From Candidatus Aldehydirespirator sp. (GTDB taxonomy: Bacteria; Actinomycetota; Acidimicrobiia; Acidimicrobiales; Aldehydirespiratoraceae): 64,000 nucleotides of DNA. Shown here piece after piece: positions 44,992-52,040 of this stretch. Below the pieces are notes generated by a model. The model worked only from the letters and a program-made list of their open reading frames with translations. It had not been told where the DNA came from and ran no database searches. Position 1 is the stretch's first letter. Every line of letters begins with the position of its first letter. Position numbers and translations under genes: made by a program. The DNA is taken from positions 481,943 to 545,942 of the forward strand of contig OZ244832.1 in the NCBI GenBank assembly GCA_965220485.1, in the 5' to 3' direction.

Positions 44992-46377
44992 CTACGCGGC
45001 GGGGTCGACGAGGCGGCCCACGAACAGGAGGGCACCGGTGTCCTGGTGGATGATGGCCCACAGGAAGGGGCGGTCGGCGACGATCGTGAGATCGGCCGGG
45101 GGAGGTCCGGATTCTGCGAACATCCCGGCGGTGACCGCGGCTGCCTCGGTGCCCTTCTCGTCGACGATCACTTTGGCTCCGTGGAGAGCGGCGGTGATGA
45201 AGATGCCGGGGGCGATGCCGTCGAAGCCTGCGCCGGGGCAGAACCCCTGAGGACATAGCCATTCGAAGAGGTCGGCGGCCGGGAGGGTCTGTTCCCACTT
45301 GGGCATGGTGACATCGACCAGACCCTGTTGCGCTTCGCGGTGGAGACCGGTCACGGCTTCAGCGTCGAGCGCTTCCTCGACTGCTGGCAGACCGGCGGGA
45401 TCGTGGGGGACGATGAGCCACATGGCCAGCTGGCCGCCCTTGTAGGGGAGTTCGACGGTGTCGGCGCCTTCCAGTTGAACGAAGCGACGACTCGTCGGCT
45501 CCCGGTCGCTCATGAACGGCACTGTCACCGTCCGGCTGTCGCCCGTGGTGAACTGGCCGTCCTCGGTCCGCCCGGCCAGGAACGGCTCGACCCAGTCGGC
45601 CTTCAGGTACACCGTGTTCACGAGAACCAACTGCTGGTCTTGGACCGCGCCGGCGTTGACGATGGTGGGGATGAGCCCGCGGGTGCGGTTCGACACCCAC
45701 CGGTTGACGGCGCGGGCTGCGGCCGAGCCGTCGGCGGTGTCGACCGGCTGGACAACGGCTCCGTACTGTGCGGCCGCGACCTCCAGGAATTCCGGCAGCA
45801 TCGAGAAGTTGTCGTCGGGGAAGAGACGGTTGGCGACCTCGAGGGTGGTGGGCCCCACCGAGGCTTCCGCCAGCCGGAGGTCGACGGCGTTGGCGGCGCT
45901 GTGGGCGTCGGCCTCGGGGAATCCGAAGATCTCGTCGAGGGCGGCCCCGGAGTCGGCCGACGCCCCGGCCCGGCTCATGCTGAAGGCCGTGCCGATGCTG
46001 ACCGGGCTCGAGACTGCGTTGCCCTTCAGGTGCCGATGGAAGCCCCACCCGGCTGCGTTGACGCCGGCGACCCAGTCACCGGCCGGGGCGTCGGGATCGG
46101 CCGGCAGCCGATCAGCCACCGGCTCCAACACCGTCGTGGTCGTGGTCGTGGTGGCGGCCGTCTCCGCGGGATCCTCAGCGGCCGCGGGATCTTCTGCGGC
46201 CGCGGGATCTTCTGCGGCCGCGGGATCTTCTGCGGCCGCGGGATCTTCTGCGGCCGCGGGATCTTCTGCGGCCGCGGGATCACTTGCCGGCTCCGGCACC
46301 GTCACAGTCGTGTCCGAGGAACTGCAGGCCACTGCGATCGAGCACAGCAGGACCAGGAGTCCGAGCAACTTGGTCAT
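44992..46377 (-). CDS. Lipoprotein serpin (serine protease inhibitor family), intact
   Basis: Lipobox LLCSIAVAC, serpin body, hinge and reactive loop EKGTEAAAVTAGMFAESGPPP, and the C-terminal FLWAIIHQDTGALLFVGR. Confidence 0.9.
   Translation of the reverse strand: MTKLLGLLVLLCSIAVACSSSDTTVTVPEPASDPAAAEDPAAAEDPAAAEDPAAAEDPAAAEDPAAAEDPAETAATTTTTTTVLEPVADRLPADPDAPAGDWVAGVNAAGWGFHRHLKGNAVSSPVSIGTAFSMSRAGASADSGAALDEIFGFPEADAHSAANAVDLRLAEASVGPTTLEVANRLFPDDNFSMLPEFLEVAAAQYGAVVQPVDTADGSAAARAVNRWVSNRTRGLIPTIVNAGAVQDQQLVLVNTVYLKADWVEPFLAGRTEDGQFTTGDSRTVTVPFMSDREPTSRRFVQLEGADTVELPYKGGQLAMWLIVPHDPAGLPAVEEALDAEAVTGLHREAQQGLVDVTMPKWEQTLPAADLFEWLCPQGFCPGAGFDGIAPGIFITAALHGAKVIVDEKGTEAAAVTAGMFAESGPPPADLTIVADRPFLWAIIHQDTGALLFVGRLVDPAA
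46164..46283 (-). repeat. In-frame 18-bp tandem repeat (AAEDPA x ~6) in the serpin linker
   Basis: GCGGCCGCGGGATCTTCT units are directly visible. Confidence 0.9.
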
Positions 46378-46436
46378 GACAATTGGACGATAGGGCAGCG
46401 CCCCAGGTTCCCGAGGCCATTGGTAGCGTCTGCGCG

Positions 46437-47195
46437 ATGACCGACTCTGTGGCCATCGAGATTGGCGACGACTACGTGGCCACCATCGAGCTGCGGCGCC
46501 CGCCCAACAACTTCTTCTCGCTGGAGATGATCGCCGGGATTGCCGACGGGTTGGAGTCGCTGGACGACGACCCCCGGTGTCGGGCCGCGGTGCTGTGCGC
46601 GCAGGGCAAGCACTTCTGCGCCGGCGCTGATTTCTCACCCGAGGGCGCCCGTTACACCACTGAGGACCTCTACGCGGCCGCGGTCCGGATCTTCCGCACC
46701 CACACGCCGGTGGTGGCCGCGGTGCAAGGCGCGGCGGTGGGCGGCGGTCTCGGCCTGGCGCTTGCGGCCGACTTCCGGATAGCTGCGCCCGAGGCCCGCT
46801 TCAGTGCGAACTTCGCCCGTCTGGGTTTCCATCAGGGCTTCGGTCTGAGTGTGACCCTGCCCCGGCTGGTGGGCCCGCAGGTGGCCGCCGACCTGCTGTA
46901 CACGGGACGGCGAGTACCAGGGGAGGAGGCGGCGCATCTCGGCTTGGCAGACGGCCTGGCAGATCGGGACAACCTCCGAGCCGCGGCTTGGGGGATCGCC
47001 CGCGAGATCGCGATGTCGGCGCCACTGGCGGTGAGGTCGATCCGGGAAACGCTGCGCGGCGACTTGGCCGACCAGGTGGAGGCGGCCACCGCTCACGAGC
47101 ACCGGGAGCAGACTCGCCTGCAGCAGACCGCCGACTTCGCCGAGGGCAGCCGGGCGATGGCCGAGCGCCGGATTCCCGAGTTCCGAGGCGAGTGA
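46437..47195 (+). CDS. Enoyl-CoA hydratase/isomerase family protein
   Basis: AAVLCAQGKHFCAGADF and AAVQGAAVGGGLGLALAAD crotonase motifs. Confidence 0.9.
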   Translation: MTDSVAIEIGDDYVATIELRRPPNNFFSLEMIAGIADGLESLDDDPRCRAAVLCAQGKHFCAGADFSPEGARYTTEDLYAAAVRIFRTHTPVVAAVQGAAVGGGLGLALAADFRIAAPEARFSANFARLGFHQGFGLSVTLPRLVGPQVAADLLYTGRRVPGEEAAHLGLADGLADRDNLRAAAWGIAREIAMSAPLAVRSIRETLRGDLADQVEAATAHEHREQTRLQQTADFAEGSRAMAERRIPEFRGE

Positions 47196-47218
47196 CGCCT
47201 GCTACCCTGCGTGGCTCG

Positions 47219-47296
47219 GGGCCGTTAGCTCAGCCTGGTTAGAGCGCCTGCTCGACACGCAGGAGGTCAGAGGTTCAAATCCCCTACGGCCCACCA
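47219..47296 (+). tRNA. tRNA-Val (anticodon GAC), CCA encoded
   Basis: Acceptor GGGCCGT/ACGGCCC, D-arm GCTC..GAGC, anticodon arm CCTGC-TCGACAC-GCAGG, T-arm AGAGG-TTCAAAT-CCCCT. Confidence 0.9.
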
Positions 47297-48873
47297 ACGT
47301 GTGTGGAAGCTAGCACCGAGCCGTTAAGGGCCACCTTCTCGGTGACCCCTCCAGCTAAAAAACTGTCCTCGGGCATAGGCACGGTGTAGCGCATCAGGGC
47401 GTTGTCGGGCATGACGATGACCTCCTTGACGAAGGACTCGATGAAGGTCCTGCGCTCTGTAAGCTCACTCTCCTTCAGGAACGCGCTCATGTCCTGGGCG
47501 TAGGCGGCGATGGTGTTCACGTCGTCGAGGACATTCCGGCGCTGGGCCAGGGCCGCCCTCGCCTGGTCAGCGGAAAACTCGAGGCGCTCCTGCCGCTCCC
47601 GGTGCTGGCGTATGCGGGGGGTGAAGTCGGCCATCTCCACCTCGGTGGTCTCCACGAGGTTGTAGATCGTATCCAGCCTGCGGCGCACGTCGGCAAGCTC
47701 CTTCTCGATGGTCTGGAGCTTCTTGCGCTGATCTCCGGCCACACCGTCCATCTGCTCGTCCACGACCTTCACCAGGGCGCGGATGTTGCCGTCGGTGAGG
47801 ATGTTGGAGCGAATCTTGGTGACGACCATCTCCTCGAAGCGTCGGGCTGCGAGGCGGGGAGTCTTGCAGGCTTCCTTGCCCTGCTTCATGAGCGACTGGC
47901 AGACGTAGTAGGGGAACTGGCCGCTCTTGGAGTACTGGCCTGTGAGCGCCCGGTTGCAGGTCTTGCACTTGACCAGCCCGCTGAGCAGGAAGGAGCTTCC
48001 GACCCGTCTGGGGTTGACGACCTTGGGGGCGCGGCGGCGCAGCTGCCGGTTGACTCGGCGGAACCGGGTCTTGGAGACGATGGCGGGAAACGCCTTCTCC
48101 ACCCGCACGGGGTCTGCCCCGTCCTTTGCGTTGGCGCCCCAGACCAGAGTCCCCGTGTACGCCTCGTTGGTGAGGACCTTGTGGATGCTGGTCTTACCCC
48201 AGACCTTCCCTGCTGGGCTGGCGATGCCCTCGTCGTTGAGGGTGCGGGTGATGTCCAGCATCCCCTTACCGGCCTCGGACATCGCGAAGATGCGCTCGAC
48301 GATGGGGGACGTGGCGGGGTCGGGTTCCAGGGTGGGGCGCTTCTTGGGTCCGTCCTGGACGTAGAGCTTGCTGAAGCCGTAGGGCGCCTTGCTGCCGACC
48401 CAGAAGCCTCTGGATGCGGCCTCTCTCATTCCCCGCAAGACCTCTTGCGCAAGATTTTCGCTGTAGAACTCGTCCACGCTCTCGATGATGCCCTCAAGCA
48501 ACCTTCCGGTGGCGGTGTCCTCGGCCTGCTCGGTTATGGACACCACCCGGATGACCTTGCGCCGGAGCATGGACTTGAAGGCAACGGCGTGCTCGCGCTT
48601 GCGGGTGAACCTGGAGAACTTCCAGACCAAAATCTCCCGAAACGGGGCGTTGGTCCTGCTGGCCTCGTCGATCATCTTGCGGAACTCGGGGCGGTTGGCG
48701 ATGCGTCCGCTCTCCGCCTCGTCCACGTACTCGCGGGCGACGATGTAGTCGTTCTTTTCGGCGTAGTCCCTGAGCGCCCGCAGCTGTGCGGCCACGGACA
48801 GGTCCACGTCCTGCCGGTCGCTGGACACCCTGGCGTAGAGTGCCACCGGCGTGTAGTCGTGTCGTTCAATCAT
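47284..48873 (-). CDS. Large serine recombinase
   Basis: Resolvase catalytic N-terminus (ALYARVSSDRQD...), a recombinase domain, a Cys-rich zinc-ribbon region (CKTCNRAL...YYVCQS) and a coiled-coil tail. ATG at 48873 with an AGGAGG RBS. Confidence 0.9.
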   Translation of the reverse strand: MIERHDYTPVALYARVSSDRQDVDLSVAAQLRALRDYAEKNDYIVAREYVDEAESGRIANRPEFRKMIDEASRTNAPFREILVWKFSRFTRKREHAVAFKSMLRRKVIRVVSITEQAEDTATGRLLEGIIESVDEFYSENLAQEVLRGMREAASRGFWVGSKAPYGFSKLYVQDGPKKRPTLEPDPATSPIVERIFAMSEAGKGMLDITRTLNDEGIASPAGKVWGKTSIHKVLTNEAYTGTLVWGANAKDGADPVRVEKAFPAIVSKTRFRRVNRQLRRRAPKVVNPRRVGSSFLLSGLVKCKTCNRALTGQYSKSGQFPYYVCQSLMKQGKEACKTPRLAARRFEEMVVTKIRSNILTDGNIRALVKVVDEQMDGVAGDQRKKLQTIEKELADVRRRLDTIYNLVETTEVEMADFTPRIRQHRERQERLEFSADQARAALAQRRNVLDDVNTIAAYAQDMSAFLKESELTERRTFIESFVKEVIVMPDNALMRYTVPMPEDSFLAGGVTEKVALNGSVLASTHVGGP

Positions 48874-49136
48874 CGGTTCCTCCTTCTGTTTCTTGCCGTT
48901 CGATCCTGGTCTCGTCCCACCGGACGCTCCACGTCTTCGGAGGCGATGCCCTGCCCGCGGGCGGGCCGTTGTCCGTACCGTTCGAGGCGTCTCCCCTCCG
49001 CCTCCCGCATGTACAGGCGGAGGGCCTCGCGGACAAGCCCGCTCATGGTGCGGTCCTCCTCCTCCATCAGTTGCCTGACCTGCTCGGCCATCTGCGGGGG
49101 CAGCGAGATGGTGATGACCTCGGTGGTTCTGGGCAT
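48870..49136 (-). CDS. Ribbon-helix-helix (CopG-like) protein
   Basis: VITISLPPQMAEQVRQLMEEEDRTMSGLVREALRLYM. ATGA overlap with the recombinase start. Confidence 0.7.
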   Translation of the reverse strand: MPRTTEVITISLPPQMAEQVRQLMEEEDRTMSGLVREALRLYMREAEGRRLERYGQRPARGQGIASEDVERPVGRDQDRTARNRRRNR

Positions 49137-49280
49137 GTTTTTTGCCTCGCTTAGTAATACTGAGTCTTATCCTTATCATGAACGAATCCGGCTTACGTTG
49201 TCAAGGGTCCGGCATCTGTAAGAGGCAGTCCAAATCGGGTAAAATGGGGTGGTAGACACTTCGACGAAGAGGCTTCCTCT

Positions 49281-49637
49281 ATGGGGACATTCAAGTGGCC
49301 GCTGCGGATCGCCAGCATGGACGGCCAACGGGTGCGGGAGATTGAGGCGACGGTGGACACCGGAGCCGCCTACACCACGCTGCCGGGCAGCCTGCTGCGC
49401 GAGCTCGGGGTCGAGCCGATGGGGAATCGCCGGTTCTTGCTGGCGGACGGGCGGCGGGTGGACATGGAGTACGGGAGGGCCTGGGCCACCATCAACGGCG
49501 ACAGCGAAGTGACCATCGTGGTCTTCGGAGAGGACGACGCTCCGGCTCTGCTGGGGGCCTACACCCTGGAGGGACTTGCCCTGGCTGTGGACCCGACCTC
49601 GCAGCGTCTCGTCCCCACCCATCTGATCATGTACTAG
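49281..49637 (+). CDS. Retropepsin-like (clan AA) aspartic protease, single-domain
   Basis: 118 aa with the catalytic ATVDTGAAYTTL motif. Confidence 0.7.
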   Translation: MGTFKWPLRIASMDGQRVREIEATVDTGAAYTTLPGSLLRELGVEPMGNRRFLLADGRRVDMEYGRAWATINGDSEVTIVVFGEDDAPALLGAYTLEGLALAVDPTSQRLVPTHLIMY

Positions 49638-49822
49638 GACCGGCGCCGTCTCCCGGGGCGCGCCGGTCTCTCAGCCGCTCCACCCCGATTCTCCGGTCGC
49701 CGCCGGTAGTCCTTCCCGTAGCACCTGAGTCTGCACCACCCCTCGGTCCCGGCGTTGCGCCGGAAACGGCGGTAGTAGACCCTGCCGCACTCCCTGCATA
49801 CCTTCTTCCTGTACTTGACCAT
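49634..49822 (-). CDS. Small basic Cys-containing protein (possible zinc ribbon)
   Basis: CRECGRVYY...WCRLRCYG pattern in a 62-aa ORF, in an operon-like arrangement. Confidence 0.35.
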   Translation of the reverse strand: MVKYRKKVCRECGRVYYRRFRRNAGTEGWCRLRCYGKDYRRRPENRGGAAERPARPGRRRRS

Positions 49823-49851
49823 CGTCTGAACCTCCTGGGTATTGCGGGGGA

Positions 49852-50085
49852 TCAGGCCCCCTCCTCCTCTTCGCCGTCCTCGGTTGGGTCCCCGGCGTCC
49901 GCGTCCGCCTGCCGCTTCATGTGGGCGCGGATGGCGACGTCCGCCAGGATGCGGAACCCCTTGACGAAGACCTTCCGCTGCTTGGGGGTGTAGGAGGACA
50001 GCAGCTCGGCCAGGGACTCGTCGGGGACTTCCCCGGCGGGCCTCCGGCGTCTGTCGTGCTCGTTGTGGCCGGTGGTATCTTTCAT
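49852..50085 (-). CDS. Hypothetical 77-aa protein with an acidic tail
   Basis: ORF in the same-strand gene string. No family recognised. Confidence 0.4.
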   Translation of the reverse strand: MKDTTGHNEHDRRRRPAGEVPDESLAELLSSYTPKQRKVFVKGFRILADVAIRAHMKRQADADAGDPTEDGEEEEGA

Positions 50086-50241
50086 GGTGCGTAGTCGCAG
50101 CGGCGGGTCGTCGGTCCGCTGGCCTCTCGTTTGCAGGTCTTTGGATTTCGCCTCCCGGCGCGGACGGAAAGGGCGAGCGCCGGTCGGCGTCTATGCCGGC
50201 TCAGGCCCCGCCGTTGCGGTTGCGCGGGCGGGGCGGGCCGA

Positions 50242-50565
50242 TCAGCTGCTGAAGAAGGTCAACTGGAACCCCTCGCCCATGAGGATCTGCAGTCCGCCGG
50301 GGAACCGGGCGGCGTACATGTAGAGGGCGTGCAGGGCTCCCCCGGACGGCTCGACCCCCTTGCGCCACCGGTACATCTGCTTGTAGTCGACGCCGATGGC
50401 GGCCGCGAGTCCGCTCCAGGTGAGGCCGGTGACCTCCTTGAAGCGTTCGAGGCGCTGGGGGAAGTCCTTCGGCAGCAGGCTGACGAAGGGCAGGCGCTGG
50501 ACGTCGTCCGGGTCCAGTTCCAGGCTCCCGCCGAGGCGGGGCGAATCTTTGGTGTTACTCGTCAT
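50242..50565 (-). CDS. HTH-like protein, paralog 1 (single frame)
   Basis: FPQRLERFKEVTGLTWSGLAAAIGVDYKQMYRWRKG is homologous to the two ORFs at 51087-51676. Confidence 0.6.
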   Translation of the reverse strand: MTSNTKDSPRLGGSLELDPDDVQRLPFVSLLPKDFPQRLERFKEVTGLTWSGLAAAIGVDYKQMYRWRKGVEPSGGALHALYMYAARFPGGLQILMGEGFQLTFFSS

Positions 50566-50833
50566 CGCTTTCCTCCTGTGTAAAGAGTTCGTGGAAGTTC
50601 TCCACGCCTAGGGCCTTTTGCATCCGACGTCGGATGCGTCCCGAGGGCGCTCGCCCCTCGTTGACCAGCATGGAGAGGTAGCCGGGGCTAATCCCGATCT
50701 CCCTGGCGAGCCAGTTCTGGGAGCGGTTCAAGAGGTTGAGCCGCCGCCAGAGGGCTGCTGCGTCCAGCCGGACGACGGTCCGTCCTGCACGCCTCGGGCG
50801 TCCCTTCATTTGGTTGGCGTCTCGTGAACGCAT
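50555..50833 (-). CDS. XRE-family HTH regulator
   Basis: RSQNWLAREIGISPGYLSMLVNEGRAPS HTH motif. Confidence 0.8.
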   Translation of the reverse strand: MRSRDANQMKGRPRRAGRTVVRLDAAALWRRLNLLNRSQNWLAREIGISPGYLSMLVNEGRAPSGRIRRRMQKALGVENFHELFTQEESDDE

Positions 50834-51086
50834 GACTTTTTCAATCTCCTATATTCAGCAAAATCGGGAGGGCGCTTGTGCTCGCGCTCCCGCCGGTTTG
50901 TCCAGGTTCACCGGGGCGGCAGGGGCTGGGGCGACTCCCACTCTCCGGGGGATCGCCAGGCGCTGCCCAGGGGTCCCAGGGCGTCTATCGCCTCCTTGTG
51001 GGACACCCACAGGGGGAGGTCGTTGCTCCGGCGACGGCTTCCCCCTGCTCACCCATGTGTGTGGCCCTCTTTGCGTTTCAGCCGTC

Positions 51087-51331
51087 TTATCCCGTGAACA
51101 GGTGGCCGAGTCCCATGCTGTCGGCCAACTCCATGAGCGCCTTCCGGTGCTGATAGTTGGGCGGGCTTTGCCTTCAGCCCAACGCCACACCGTGTGGCGA
51201 TAGGTCCCCAGGCGGCGGGCGATCTCCGACCAGGACAGGCCGGACTCCTTCTGGAACCGCTTGAGGCGGTCCGGGAAGTTGCTGGGGAACTCGTAAGTCT
51301 CTCTGTCGTATTGGATGCGCTGTCGCGGCAT
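51087..51331 (-). CDS. HTH-like protein, paralog 2 (needs a -1 frame change near 51150)
   Basis: N-part MPRQRIQYDRETYEFPSNFPDRLKRFQKESGLSWSEIARRLGTYRHTVWRWAEGKARP, then C-part NYQHRKALMELADSMGLGHLFTG* in the -1 frame. Length is 2 mod 3. Confidence 0.45.
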
Positions 51332-51383
51332 GGCGTCCGTCTTCCCGGAGGGACAACCGGATGCCCCCTCCGATGGTGCATGG

Positions 51384-51676
51384 CTACCCCGCAGGGCTCC
51401 TTTCCCCGACGGAACCTGAGCGCCGGATGCTCCAGTCGGTGAGCAGGTGGGCGAGACCCAGGTCTTCGGCCAGCTCAAGCAGCGCCATCATGTGCTGCCA
51501 ATGGGGCCACACCCCTTCTTCCACCACCGCTTCGCGGTGTGGGGATAGGTCCCGAGACGGCGGGCGATCTCCGCCCACGACAGGCCCGACTCCTCCTTGA
51601 ACCGCTTCAACCGCCGCGGGAAGTCGTCGGGGAAGCCGTAGGTCTCTCTGCTGTGGTGTATGCGCTGTCTCGGCAT
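51384..51676 (-). CDS. HTH-like protein, paralog 3 (needs a -1 frame change near 51500)
   Basis: N-part MPRQRIHHSRETYGFPDDFPRRLKRFKEESGLSWAEIARRLGTYPHTAKRWWKKG, then VWPHWQHMMALLELAEDLGLAHLLTD... in the -1 frame. Length is 2 mod 3. Confidence 0.45.
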
Positions 51677-52040
51677 CGAGCCGGTCCTTCCCGAGGACGA
51701 TTCGCAGAGCCCTCTCCCCGATGGGAACGGCCTGGACGTCCGTCGCCCGGTGCGCGAGCTCCTGCTCTCTGCCCACCTCCAGGGAGTATGGGCCAATCCT
51801 CTCCGGGCGGGGCCGCAGCCCTCGCCTGCTCGTTCATGTGTGCGGCCTTTCTTGTTGCCCGGAAATCGGCGGTGTCTCCGGTTTCCGGGATCGAACGGGC
51901 GTGGGGTGCCCGAACACGGGCCCCGGAGCAGCCCGGACTCCTCCACCGGCGTCGCGACAGCACCGTAAAGCCCCAGCCCCGCTGCGACGCCGGGAGCTTG
52001 GCGCGGTCAGCCGGAAAGCGGCATGGCAGTCCGCGACCCC

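Noticed and set aside
47284-49179. 631-aa version of the recombinase ORF with a 100-aa N-terminal extension
   Set aside because: The extension overlaps the RHH gene in another frame and is Arg/Gly/Pro-rich. The resolvase catalytic domain begins right after the ATG at 48873, which has a strong RBS.
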